Shown here: one piece after another, positions 51,801 to 64,000 of the stretch | Layout: the number at the start of each line of letters is the position of its first letter | How positions within the stretch are numbered: position 1 is the stretch's first letter | Source of the DNA: Podarcis liolepis | Taxonomy: Eukaryota | NCBI GenBank assembly: GCA_965112155.1 | Contig: OZ218099.1 | Reading direction: 5' to 3' (one strand) | Length of the DNA: 64,000 nucleotides | Position numbers and translations under genes: made by a program | The notes under the pieces: generated by a model | Database searches by the model: none | What the model was told of the DNA's origin: nothing | Seen by the model: only the letters and a program-made list of their open reading frames with translations

Positions 51801-52561
51801 TACTGCATTACTATAGTCTTTTCCTTTCCTTAGGTCACCTGTGATGCATGGGCAATAACTTTTCGTTGAATCTGTTCTATATTTGGAACAGTGTAGAAAG
51901 ATAAACAAAATGAGGAAAACAGCCCCTTGCTTCTGTCTTCCAGCCAGCTTTATGCACAGTACAAGAGGCAACAGCAGACCCTGACATACTCGCTCCCCTG
52001 CCCCTTGAAAGTGCTGAGCTTGCACATCTCCATGGCTTCTGTTCCTCAGTGACTGGATAAGGAGCCATGCATAACCTCTGTTCATCAGCCAGCACTTGCT
52101 GCTGGATTAGACGGATGGAAGCAAAAGGCAACTCTGGGTAGCAGGCTTTGCACAGACACCTAAGCACTGGTGTCAATTAGGAAATGTTGCATTTATCAGG
52201 GTCTCCCAGCAGTGTAGTCAAGACAGCTCAAACATTCAAAGCCTGCGGGTGCTTCTCCCTCCCATTAATATGACTGGAAAGAGTGGAGGGGACTAAATAA
52301 TGCTAAAAGCCAAAGAAATAATGAGCTGATAATAGACAACAAGCTTGACATGAACGAATGATGTGACTCCTCAGAGACTGACGTCGTTTTCTGAAAAGTA
52401 AACAGGGATGAGTTTGTCTCTTTCTTTCTATATTTTCATAGTGAGACTTGGGATAAAGTGTGCAAGCCTGCACAGCCTGATTCTTTCTGGTCACAGGCAG
52501 ATCTATAAGTCACAGGCAAGCTTGGTTTATTAGGAATTGTTCTCCTGCTGCATTGTGTCTT

Positions 52562-52884
52562 AGAGCCAGCGTGGTGTAGTGGTTAAGAGTGGTAGACTCG
52601 TAATCTGGTGAACCGGGTTTGATTCCCCGCTCCTCCACATGCAGCTGCTGGGTGACCTTGGGCTAGTCACACTTCTCTGAAGTCTCTCAGCCTCACTCAC
52701 CTCACAGAGTGTTTGTTATGGGGGAGGAAGGGAAAGGTGAATGTTAGCCGCTTTGAGATTCCTTAGGGTAGTGATAAAGCAGGATATCAAATCCAAACTC
52801 CTCCTCCTCCTCCTCCTCCTCCTCCTCCTCCTCCTCCTCCTCCTCCTCCTCCTCCTCCTCTTCTTCTTCTTCTTCTTCTTCTTC
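52562..52884 (+). mobile_element. Full-length Squam3-like CORE-SINE with (CTC)21(TTC)8 tail
   Basis: A box tggtgtagtgg, B box ggtttgattccc, CORE-like gctgggtgaccttgggctagtcac..cacctcacagagtgtttgtt, 3' end agccgctttgag..aaagcaggatat, then microsatellite tail. Confidence 0.85.
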
Positions 52885-54048
52885 GTGCCCCATAAGATGT
52901 GGGCATATCCAAACCTCCAAGTCCTTAGTCTGCCAGATAGGACCAAACACAGTTGCCCTGATAGCAGTGTTACCAGTCTCAGCAAAACATGACACTTCTA
53001 AACACGGGATGCACAGAAAGTTTCATGCTTGCCTCCACTTCCTCAGCAGGCAATGATGGTTATAGGTTGTGGTTTCACTCTGCCCCAGGGTGTTTTTGGA
53101 CATACTTTCACAGCACAGGAGCAGGAGATGTGGAAGGAGAATGAAGATAAAAGGTACTATGTATAGCCCATGTGTGCTTCTAAGGGACCAACCTCTGTTC
53201 CATAGTTAAAAAGCTGTCAAATGGTTTCTCTCCATCCTCCAGTTCCCCTGACCCGCATTCCTCGCCTTTGACCCAAGCTTCTTTGCACAAAAAGAGAGGA
53301 GCGGTAGATCCTCTGCAAGTGACCTGGCTCCGGGGACCCCTGCAGGGAAAGGGGTTGGGGTGGCAGTGATGAAAAGCTTTACCATTGAGATGGAAATGAG
53401 ATGGGAGGCTAAAATTCTTGAGAGGGTCCTCCTGTCGGGGATCATTGTGTCCATTTAGAAGCTGGAGTGCTAATTAATTTGAGCCTTTCTGTTGGCAGAG
53501 TTACTTCCACATTGTCCCCCACTGGAGGGGGAGAGTGGAGAGGAGGAGTGTGAGACAGCACCACAAGGTGAATAATGGAGGTGTCTTTTCTAGAGACAGA
53601 GGGGGGTCTATAGATTGTGCTGGTGTGGAAGGAGGCTGTTCCGGTATCCAAGGCAAGCCTTTGTCCCTGGCTAACACAGATTAATGGTGCTAGTGGAATA
53701 TTGCCTGCTCTCTGTCTCATTCTGATCTCCCTTCCTGTGCAGGCAACTTTACATTTTAATGATGTATATGTGTGTGGTTAACTCTTTCTCCTATCCCAAG
53801 TCAATAGACCTATGGAGGATTGTTCCTTGGGTGAAGGACAGCAGTTGCTTTTTTAAAATTTTGGACAGCAAAGTATTGCAAAGAATCAAAGAAGGACATA
53901 ACAGCCTGGTTCATTGTCAGTTATGGAGAAAAGCAAAGGTGCTGCAGTCCTGGCTACAGAAGCTGCAAAGATCATTTCTCCTCTAAGGGAGTGTTGATTC
54001 TTAAAAAGCTAGCAGGAGTTTTGAAGCTGTGCATATTAAGACAGTGGT

Positions 54049-54620
54049 AATAATACCAATAATACTACTACTAATAAATTTTATTTATACCCCGCCCTCC
54101 CCAGCCAAAAGCAGGCTCAGAGCGGCTAACATCAAATGTATAAAATATTGCCATAAAATCAAGCAATCAATTAAAATACATCCTAAAATCAAATCAGAAT
54201 CAAAGTGAAATCTAATCAGGTGGCAACTCGCAAATTAGGGATGGGGGCCTTAAATGCTCACCAGGCCTAACTGTTTATACTGATCTTATATGAGCCCGTG
54301 AGAAAAGTTGGGGGGCTACTTTCATGCAAGTTCTTATAAGGAGAGAGGGGGAGTCAGGCTGGACCCCGGCCAAAGGCCTGGCAGAACAGCTCTGTCTTGC
54401 AGGCCCTGTGGAAAGATGTCAGAACCCGCAGGGCCCTGGTCTCTTGTGACAGAGCATTCCACCAGGCCGGGGCCACCGCTGAAAAGGCCTTGCCCCTGGT
54501 CGAGGCCAGTCTAATCTCCTTGAGGCCCGGGACCTCCAAGATATTTGCGGACCGTAAGGTCCTCCATGGGGCATACCAGGAGAGGCGGTCCCATAGGTAT
54601 GAGGGTCCTAGGCCATAGGA
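54049..54620 (-). mobile_element. L2-clade LINE 3' end (second family)
   Basis: Minus-strand GLGPSYLWDRLSWYAPWRTLRS...TRGKAFSAVAPAWWNALSQETRALRVLTSFHRACKTELFCQAF; 3' UTR ending gggcggggtataaataaaatttatt plus tail. Confidence 0.88.
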
Positions 54621-57600
54621 AGCATTGCAGAACAAGAGGTAAGGGAAAGCTCTTTGACTTTGGGGTCTGGGTTGCTCTTTGACTTTGTAACTGTTTCCTT
54701 GCTTTGTTGCCTATATTTGGGTGAAAATCTTTGGCTTTAATGGGGTCAACTCTTTGGCGATTCCCTCTGGACACTGCACTGAGGATAAGAGTTCTTGCTA
54801 CTTGCAATTCACATCTTGGCTGAGTGGGTTCCCTGTCAGAGCGGAAGTGTTGCACGCCTCTTCGTCTTGCCTCATCTGATGCAGCATGGCTGAGATTGGC
54901 TTGGATGTTAGTGTGTTAGCAAGGACGGCTTCCACAGCTCCCACCACTTCTTCTTATACGTGTTCTTACACAAGTGCGATGACAGGGTAAGTCACCTTTT
55001 ACTGTTCCTTCGTGGCTTGACCTCTGTGGTTCCTATGGTAACGACCAGCACATGTGACTAAAGCTGTGGAGACTTCCAGATTGGGAGGAAAATCTCCCAT
55101 AAATCACAAGTGAAGTGGAGGTGCAGGCAGCAGTGAAACAGGGGGAGGAATAGGGAGGCTTTGGGAATGAAGGGCTGCTTCTGCCGATACAAACTGCGCT
55201 GGCTGGTTCTGCCATAATTCTTGGAGCCTTTTGATAGTCGCAGAAGATTCAGTTACATTGCTTGCCCCCAGTAGGGGCACTGCATTTTTAACTTTGACTC
55301 CACCTGCTTGGCCAAGGCATGCAAAAGCTACAGACAGGCTGCTGCTGAGTCCCACTTTATCCCCCTCGTTCTCTTTTTGAAATGAGGAGTAAATGCAGGT
55401 GACCTCATGATTGAATCAAGTCTGCTGAGAAGGATGGAGGTGCGATTCAGGCAGGCCTTGGTGATCAAAAGCGAATAGAATGAAATTTGAGATGGAATTC
55501 ATTCAAGGGTGAGGGTATGTGTGAGTGGCAGGGGCCTGTTACAGGTTTCTTGCTGCTAATGCGAAAACAAACAAATCTGTGGCAACACTTTGTAAGGGGA
55601 CCTTTTTGATTCACCCCATATTTATTTCCCAGTAGATTATTTGAACATGTGCCTCAATGGCAGGAGCTAATCCCAAGCCCACCAAGGGCAAGAGGAAGCT
55701 TGTATGGGATGCTGTGATTAAAGCGATGTCTCGCAGTCTTGATTGTGTCTGAATTAGATTTAAGCAGTACAGTGTGAGGTAAACAAACTGGCAGATCAGG
55801 ATCACCACAGTAATCTGTGGGTGTGTTACATTTTCCAAACAATCAAAGGCTGTGTTCATCAAAGGGCAGCCCAGATAGGGGGTGGCATACGGTGAGGATT
55901 TAGGCATGCAGCTGGGTTTAGTGGCTAAAGAATCTAGTCAACCAGTATGGGGAGACCTGTGTGCTAATCCCATCTTAGGCCACAATGGTAAAAACATTGG
56001 GGGTTTAATGTGGTGTTTCAAAATTGATGAGTTTTATAGCTTCTCAGCCTTATCCTCCACTAGAACTCATCAGAGAAGTCTTGCGTAGCTGACATCATTA
56101 GCATAATCTACTCAAGGGGAATCAAAGAATATTTGAGGGACGAAGAAAGAGCTGTGGGTCAGGAATCAGGAACACACATGCAGTTGGCTGTGAAGGCTTC
56201 AGAGAGCAGCTTCAGATTGTGGTGTGATGTCAATCGAAGACCCGGAATTGGATGGGGTAAAGGAAATGGATGCCACTGGTCAGTCCGGGTAGTTAGTAGG
56301 TCTGGTTACAAATATTTTCAGAATATCAGAAGTGGGAATATGAGTGTTGAACATTCGAGCAACATAGCCCAAGGTTCTAAGATCAACTCCAGGCATTAAC
56401 TTCTACTTTTCCCACCAGCCAACATTTTATTTGCCTCATTGTGGTTTGTATAATGTTGGAAACCGGTTTATCTTGATGCAGATCAGTTTCCTTTGCTTTT
56501 CATTGTGCCCTCCACACCAAGTTATGGAGCAAAAGGAGGAGCTGCATTGTAGCCCCAAAGGTTTTTGCATTGTGCACTTTAAAAAGCAGCAGTGAGGACG
56601 GCAAACCTTCCTACCAGTTTGTTCTTTCCATTCTTTGTTCCAGGAAGCTGAGGAGGACAAATCTGAGGATACATAGCATGATAATAATCGGACAACAAAG
56701 ATTTCTGAAACAGCAGGGCATAGTGGAAGAGTTATCAATGGGTACAATGCAACCCAAGATTGCCTAAAGGGCTGGATTTGACAGCTGATGCCTAAAATGT
56801 CTTCATAGCGTAGAATATATTTTAGCAGAGACATTGTGATTGCAGAACCCATTTGCTAATGCTAAACATCCTTGTGGCAACTACAGCAATTGCCTACATG
56901 AAAAGCAATAACAGGAAAGCTATTGAATTTATTTTCAGCATCCTTTTAATGTAATTTAGCAGCTGGAAGTAGGAAAGGGAACCAGCACCATGTGACAAGG
57001 TATTTCATTTCAGATCAGGAGTTGAGGAATGAGAGTGGATGGTTAGCAATATTCGGCTTGAGATTTCCACCTGCCAGTTTAATTGATCAATAATACAAGT
57101 AGTTGAGCATAAACAGACTGAAAACCTCTGATACAGGCAACTCCAGATTTATAAGTACTCTCACTTTTTATATATATAGAAAAAACCTTTACTGTAACAA
57201 CATAATAACATTCTGGTCCTGTGAGCTAGTACCTGTTGGATTAAGCACAAGGACTATGGCACCAGCCTAATTTAACAATTTGTGACATTGTATTGCTCAT
57301 CAGCAGTGTGTATTGCTGTGCCAGAAACATCTATCTCTCTCTATCACCACCCCGCCAAAAAGAAAAAAAATATTCCACAGAGGAAAGAAGATACAGCTAC
57401 AGATGACTCAGCCGTACTTCTTTTCTTGCCTCCATCCTCCTCTGGCCTCTATAATTGACAAACTCATTGGAAGAACAAATGTTGTTTTAATTTAATTTTC
57501 AGACAAACAATAGTCCAGGGACAATGTTAAATTCATGAAACTGGCATAATGTGATGAAATTTAATGAGGCAAATTGTGCTCTGCCATGGGCTTTTGCAGT

Positions 57601-58194
57601 GTGCTTGCCCCTAGCTGTGTGAGATCTTGCTTTCGCTGGAAGCAAGAGGTCACACTGCCTCACTAGTACTTCCCTCCCATTTCCCTGCAAGTGTGGCATC
57701 TTCCTTTCCCCCTTGTAAATGCTATTCTGAGAACTTGTGTGCATACATTGGCAAACACATTTCATTGGATTAATGTAATGTTTACAAGTGTGGGTGATCT
57801 GTAGCTTCATATTCACTGCAGCATACCCTTTTTTAATAGAACGTGGACTTGTATTTGATTAAAATAAGCTGAACACCGCCAAAGAAGGCAACTACTGTGT
57901 ATGAGGTTTTCACAGATGATGGGATGCAACACATAGAGGCTCAGAATGGAAACAAAAATGTCATCCTATGTTTTTATAGCTCCAGATGTCTTCAGGTGGC
58001 TGTGCTGATGTGTCTTAGAGCTGGTGTAATATATGTATTCATACTGATCAACATTATCTAAAAACAGGCAATTGCTTGTTGAGTCATATAAAATCATTTC
58101 CCATTGATGTCACTGTATGTTACTTAAACCCCTCCCCCCCAAAAAGCCGACCTTTACATGGTGGGGCAGGAGTTAAAATAAAGTATACACTACC

Positions 58195-58574
58195 CAGTGG
58201 CGGAGCATATGCCCACGCTGCCCAGGGTGGGCACGCTTCCAAGGGGGGCGTGGCCTGGAGGGTGCCCTCCCAGGCATGGGTAGCCGCTCAGGTGCATGGA
58301 GTGGCACTCGCGCCCTGCAGCCGGGGGCGGAGCAAGCCGCCCATGGCGGACATTCAGCGCACTGTCCGCCTGCGACTGCCAAGCCTCCCCCAGCTGTCAA
58401 AACAAAGGGGGGAGGGGGGAATGCAGCCAGCAAAGTGGCATAGCTCCCCCCTTCCCCCGATGGCTCGGGACAGGCTTGGGAGTCGCAGGTGGGCGACATG
58501 CCAAATGTCACCCCCCCTCAGCGAAGACACCCAGAGCGATCCGCCCCCACTGCACCCCCCTTCCTCTGCCCCTG
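58195..58574. mobile_element. Non-autonomous hAT element, 380 bp, GC-rich
   Basis: Ends cagtggcgga / tctgcccctg; perfect 8-bp TSD acactacc (58187-58194 and 58575-58582). Confidence 0.88.
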
Positions 58575-59265
58575 ACACTACCTCAACTTTCTACCTTTTC
58601 ATCCCGTCTTCTGAGGAATTGGAGGACAAGTAGTTTTGCTTTCTCTTGCAAAGGAAACTGTATTACCAGCACAGTTTAGAGGAATGACGTGTTGGTCAGG
58701 AGGGTGCTTTTCTTCCTGGCTGCAGGATGCTGAGCTGCTCCTAACCTGTTGCTTTCTGTGAACAGGGCTGAATGGAAGTTGGCATAGCCTACCTCTTTCA
58801 GATTCCCATTGTATGTAGGTCCCGGAAGGCTCAAGCTTTTTTCTTTAGCATTTACCGTCCAGTCACTTTCTTAATAGGAATGAATCCAACCAGGTGTTCC
58901 TGAAGTTGCTAGGTTTGTCTGAATCAGCAGCTTCCTTTTAAAAATGGAGCTAATAATATAAAATATTCTTGGCCACAGAGGTCAGTTTAGGACAGGCTCT
59001 GAACAGAGTATTGAAAAGTCTTGTTTTCCCTTTCACCTTTCATTCGCTTCCTCCATCCCTTAACTTTGTTCTAATTAAAACCATGCTGAATATGCCTTTT
59101 TCTTCTACCTCTTCTGCCGACTTGAAGTCTCTTTGTTGGGGAAGAGCTCCAGGCATTATCTATTCCAACATGTGCAGCAGCAGGGACAGGCCTAGGCATT
59201 AGGAAGAGTTTGGAGGATTAACACTGATCTTGCTGCTAATTCTCCATTGTCCACCGTCTCTAGAG

Positions 59266-59764
59266 CAGTGTTTCCCAAGCGTTTCTGGGCAACGGCACAC
59301 CTGTTTACCGGGAAAAAATCTCGCGGCACACCACCATTAAAGCCCCGCCCCGTGACATCAGCGCGCAGCGTCACGCCGGGAGGGACGCACAAAAGTTAAA
59401 GTTTTTTCCCTTCCCCTTGCCGGGGTGGGAGGAGGCAGCAGAGCGAGGGATTGAGGGACGGCAGCAGCGGCTGTTGTGGCGGTGGGGGCGATAGCGGGCG
59501 GAGGAGGAGCCGTCGCCGGGAGTTGCTGCTGCTGCTGTTGCTGCTGCTGCCCGGACATGCCGGCCTCCTCCTCCTCCGCTGTCTCGCGCTCCTCCCTTTT
59601 GCGCGCGCTGCCCCGCCGCTCGGCACCAGCACCGCGGAGCCGCCCCCGGCTCGACGCGGATCCTCGCCGCCGCCGCCTCTCGCCGCCTGACTCCCTCCCA
59701 CGGCACACCAGCCGGTGTCTCACGGCACACTAGTGTGCCGCGGAACACCGGTTGGGAAACACTG
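59266..59764. mobile_element. Young non-autonomous hAT (Charlie-like) element, 499 bp, with CpG-island-like cargo
   Basis: 13-bp perfect TIR cagtgtttcccaa / ttgggaaacactg; perfect 8-bp TSD ctctagag (59258-59265, 59765-59772); subterminal cggcacac repeats. Confidence 0.93.
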
Positions 59765-60287
59765 CTCTAGAGCTGTTTCAGAGGGCAAGTTAAAGCAAGG
59801 TTTACCTAGTCCTGTCATATAAGAAGGGCGCTTGGAGCAATGGGACTCTCCCCTCCCTTCCCCAGCAATAAATGGAAATATTTGTAGATGGAGAAAAACA
59901 CATTAGCCATGTGGTATATATTATGCGTGTATCCTCCAAGGATCCAGAAGGTAGAAACCAAAACCCCCATAAGAATTTGCTTCATTTTGCCCTCCTCTGA
60001 CCAGCACCAGTTCATCTTGCATGATCATTCTGGGCTCTGAAGGCCTTGTTTATACTACAGGTTCAGTGACCTACACTGCTGTTTCTCAACCTATTGTGTG
60101 TGACCCAGAAACAATCCAGCTTTCAAGGCATCTCTTATCGTACAGAGGCTGTTCACCTTTGGCCTTTCAAAAAACAAACTCTTCCAAATGGCCCCTCTCC
60201 CAGTCAGAGGGCAGAAGGACAAAGTTCACTAGGGCTGATCCAGCCCAAGAGTTGTTTTGGAGTTTGTGTGTGAATGTAAAAAGTCCT

Positions 60288-60365
60288 CCTGAATCAAACC
60301 GAAGGCCCATCTAGTCCCAACATCCAGTGGATCCCTATGAGAAGCCTGTAAGCAGGGCATGAACA
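60288..60365 (-). mobile_element. Old CR1-like 3' fragment
   Basis: ctgaatcaaaccgaaggcccatctagtcc...gaagcctgtaagcagggcatga. Confidence 0.45.
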
Positions 60366-61463
60366 CCCTCCTCACCCATGAATGTGACATACAGGGACGT
60401 ACTGTGGGTTTTGTTTGGGGTGGCACATATTTGAGGATGCATACTGCAGTTGGAGCCTAATGCATATCTGTGTGTATGAGGGAGCTGGCAGGTGGCCTGT
60501 GAGACTGTTCTAGGGATAACACATCAATAGCTTGCTTGTTGGAGGACATGAAAGACAAATGCACTTTCTTTCTTAGCAATGTATTACTGACTTAATGGTC
60601 AATATCAAGGTCTGGCTTGTAAAAGCTGAATAAATGACACCTAGGTGTGTTTATGCATGGGTTATAAATGGCTAGAAATGCATCAACAGACGGTGTTACA
60701 GATGGTTATTAGCCAAGTTTGTCAGCAAGCTGTTACCCTGGCGTATTCTTTTTATCATCCTATAGCAATTGATGAATCAGTTATTAAAGTATTTGATAAT
60801 CATTGATGAAATCACTTCATTAATCAACTGCCCCATTAATAAATGGGATTTTAAACTTAGAGTGTGATTTTTCGTGACACAGTTTCTCCTCTTACTCACA
60901 TGAAGCAGCTGCAATAGCGCTGAATTCAGCAGAAGACAAATGTACAGTGATGCACACTGGGATATATACACAAACACATTCCCAACATTAGATCACATTA
61001 TAGTCTGACCAAGAAACAGAACAATATAGAACTGTTTAGGTACAGAGGCTATGCACAGACAGGAACAAGTTTGGTTCTTTGTGGATGGGATTACCAGTTC
61101 ATGCACGTGGGGTGCGGATTAAATTTCCAGCAGTGTCCCCAAGTGCACCACATTTTACTTCCCTCCCCCATAGCGATGCATGGCAGCCATTCATTTATAT
61201 GGGAAAAAAGTAAGTGGTCACTGCTGTGATGGGAAAAACAACAACTCTGTCCTATATCCCAAACACTTGGGTGGCTGAGCTGCCCCTGAAAAATATCCCA
61301 CAGGGGATTCAGGCTGCCCAACAGTCCCTCTAGCCATCATAATGCTGGGCATTTGCTAATATAAATATTCCAGTATAATAGATCTATAAAAGATCACCCA
61401 CTAAATCTTGGTCAGCATATTGTGATGCAACTTCAGTGATTCAAACTAGTAGATCGTCATCAT

Positions 61464-61506
61464 ATCTCTATCTCTATCTCTATCTCTATCTCTATCTCTA
61501 TCTCTC

Positions 61507-61546
<40 letters not shown>
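61464..61546. repeat. Compound (ATCTCT)n/(ATCT)n microsatellite
   Basis: Seen directly. Confidence 0.9.
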
Positions 61547-62905
61547 ACTGTGTGGAGGAGGATCAAAACATCACAGTGTTATGTAGTGTGTAAAACAGGA
61601 AATGAGAAGACAGATTCTGGGTTATATTCAGATATTTGCTGCTGATATGACATGAAATGCAGATGAGAATAGCTCACAAGGGAGAGAAGTAAGGGTAAGT
61701 GAGTGCTATCCCTGTCTGAAAGGTGTGAAGATGATAATTTGCTGCATTTTCATGGTGGGTGGGCACAGCCCCCTCTCCCAGGCCTGAGTTAAAACACCTG
61801 GCTCTGTTTAGCATAAAGAGTCTTTGTTTCTTATTAAAGTTAATTAAATCTAAATAGCCGTCATTTAAACAGAAATGCCAGTGAAATTTTCATATACGAT
61901 AAAAACAAAACAAAAAAACCAATGGGAAAATACAGACATACTCTGTAATGTATGTTTGTAAAGCTCCCCCAAATAATCCTGTGTTGCAGCCAGCCAAGTT
62001 GACCATAGCTGGAATTGCCTGTGGAAAATAGTAATAGTCACACTTCCAGAGCGCTGTTCATTAAAAAGCATTTTGGCCTCATGATAATTGGGGTGGGGGT
62101 ACAAATGGAGAAACTAAGTTAGAGAAGAGTGAAGTCACACAGCAATGGAATCGGAGCTGGCATCAAAAGTGGGAAGGTTCTGGCTCCTGATCCTGTGCAC
62201 AGACATGGAGCCCACACAGCTAGCGTTTCAAAGGTAACTTGGACGAGATTTCATGGACTGCATTGGATGGAACAGTGTGGCAAGGCTGGCTTTGGCATAG
62301 CATGCTTCACTTCTTTTAATCAGCTGTAGGTTTTGTAGAATAAATTGGCCTTTTATGAACGGAACCTGGGAAGAAGAGGACTTGCCCCGTGGCATTTTAT
62401 TTTAACTGGCAGCAATGAGGTCTTCTGAAGCTGTGATTCAGAATTCCAGGGGAGCCATGCATTTGGAATGGGTGTGATTTCTGCACTTCACAGATACTTG
62501 GACGTATGTGTGTGAAGAGGTTTTGAGAACTTTGTGGATACTAATTATGAACAGGAGGCACTGTAGCAAACAAGTCTAAGGCCCAAATGAATTGTGACAT
62601 TCAATGCATGTATATTTCCCCTTTAAATAAAAACCGAAGCAGTGAGTTGGAGCAGATAAATGCTTGGAAGAAGGCAGGCCTTTAGGATTGTACCTTGAGT
62701 TTGTAAACTGTCAATTAACCAATCAATAGCAAATCCACATTGTTTAAGTTGCTAATGAATAAATGTAGAATTTAGAAGCCTTGTTTTTGAGTTGCTAGGG
62801 GCACACCCAGTAATGGCATTACTGTTTGTGTAGGCATGCAGTGAGCATCGATTCCCATATGATGTCTTTGCAGGCAAGTATTGTTCTTATACCTTTGTAT
62901 GACAA

Positions 62906-62992
62906 GGCTGCATTGCTATGCTCACTAACCTGGAAGTCAGCTCCATTGAACTTGATGGGGCATGCTTCTGAGTAGATTTGCATAGAATTACC
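62906..62992. mobile_element. Short degenerate lizard-type MITE; a related copy lies near 6098-6178
   Basis: ggctgcattgctatgctcactaacctggaagtcagctccattgaac resembles ggctgcagtcccacttacctgggagtaagccctactgag at ~6098. Confidence 0.45.
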
Positions 62993-64000
62993 TTTTAATT
63001 GGCGTAACATGAGGAGAAATGCTACCTGAAAAATCGCTGTGTAAATCCGCTATGAAGTTCTGGTGTTGCCAGTGTGCCCACCAGTACTTTCTATGGTGCC
63101 TGAGAAATAACTCAGCAAATGCCACCTTGAAAATCCACAATACATGAGAGACTGCTTGCTGTTCCAGTTCAGGTCCTGTTTGCACTGACTCAGGCTCCCC
63201 AACATTGAGCATGCCCATTTAGACAAGCCCACATTTTGCTAGATGCCAGAATTGGATATCTGCTGCTTTCACTGTTCTGATCAGAAGAGAGGTACAAAGA
63301 TCTTCTCCTTGTGAGTGTGTCTGCATTGGATGCAAATGCCTTTCCCCCAATTGATGGGGCAGCTGATTACGGGGTTTTGGGGGTGGCACACAGCACCATT
63401 TTGTGGTTCTGTCTTTTTTCCTACTCTTTTAGATGCAGTAGCCATTTTATATTATGCCACCCCCACCCCCCCCAAATAGCAGCCATTTTGTAGCACAATT
63501 ATTCATTTTGGCTGGGAAGCAACTTTATTATTATTATTAATTGTGTCCCAGAAGTTGCAACCCCAAACTGAGAATTAAAGAAAAGGTATTGAATTACTTG
63601 GGATCTTCTCCCTAATATTGATGTTAGACAGCAATGCTTTGTATCTAAGCCTGTATATTTGGTTGTATTAAATATAGAGAATAGATGTTTCTTAATGTTT
63701 ATTAGCATAAATAAGAAAAATAAATAACAAAATATTATGTTTATTATGTTTAAGGGGGGAAATGATTTTTTTCTCCTCAAATTCATATAAGCATCAACAA
63801 AATGTTTAAAGAGGTGTATAACAGTTGTGACACATTTCATTATCTCCTATTTCTGAAATCTGTTTAAAAACATTATCTGTGTACTAAAATTTACTTTAAT
63901 ATCAAACTGAGTTTCAACGGTACCAATTTAGCAGGATGCTACAATTTGATTCTTGGCAGATTCATAAAATCAATCTGTTACTGTGTATTAATTAATCTGG

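Larger units (their letters stand above)
34809..64000 (+). other. PLXNA1: PLXNA1 intron, continuing beyond the window (>29 kb)
   Basis: Starts at GTAGGG donor. The expected next exon (ILVDL...GSPILRD-like) was not found by eye or in the ORF track; a short exon could have been missed. Confidence 0.7.

Noticed and set aside
52716-52995. Poly-Glu, poly-Arg and poly-Leu ORFs
   Set aside because: Translations of the (CTC)n(TTC)n SINE tail.
53200-53660. Possible old LINE 5'/spacer fragment (similar texture at ~43400-43900)
   Set aside because: No endonuclease or RT motif recognisable by eye; needs an HMM search.
58076-58679. 185-aa and overlapping ORFs
   Set aside because: Open because of the GC-rich hAT insert, cross the TSD boundaries and have no recognisable domain.
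59358-59748. Intact polyQ protein gene or PLXNA1's main promoter
   Set aside because: Confined within TIRs and TSD, no canonical splice donor, and downstream of PLXNA1 coding exons; treated as transposon cargo.
1-64000. CRISPR arrays, operons, rRNA genes or intact transposase/RT genes
   Set aside because: Eukaryotic intron-rich locus; no regularly spaced repeat arrays and no long ORF other than the plexin exon.

Overview
Vertebrate genomic DNA, most likely a squamate and probably a lacertid lizard. This is inferred from the Sauria/Squam-type SINEs, CR1 and L2 LINE tails and lizard-type MITEs. The window covers the 5' part of PLXNA1 (plexin A1) on the + strand. Two coding exons are present: the large signal-peptide/Sema exon (15580-16758) and the next 183-nt Sema exon (34626-34808). 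No promoter CpG island or 5' non-coding exon is evident upstream, and I could not find the next coding exon, so the following intron appears to exceed 29 kb. The rest is intronic: short SINE/LINE 3' ends, non-autonomous Tc1/mariner-, hAT- and Harbinger-like DNA transposons, and microsatellites. Nearly all other listed ORFs are spurious. The most unusual item is a young 499-bp hAT element (59266-59764, perfect 8-bp TSD) whose interior resembles a captured CpG-island first exon of a host gene, i.e. a possible Pack-type element. A second GC-rich hAT lies 0.7 kb away, and a 34-bp-stem hairpin sits at a SINE junction (4696-4780). I do not see firm evidence of a new biological system; the findings are hypotheses to test.
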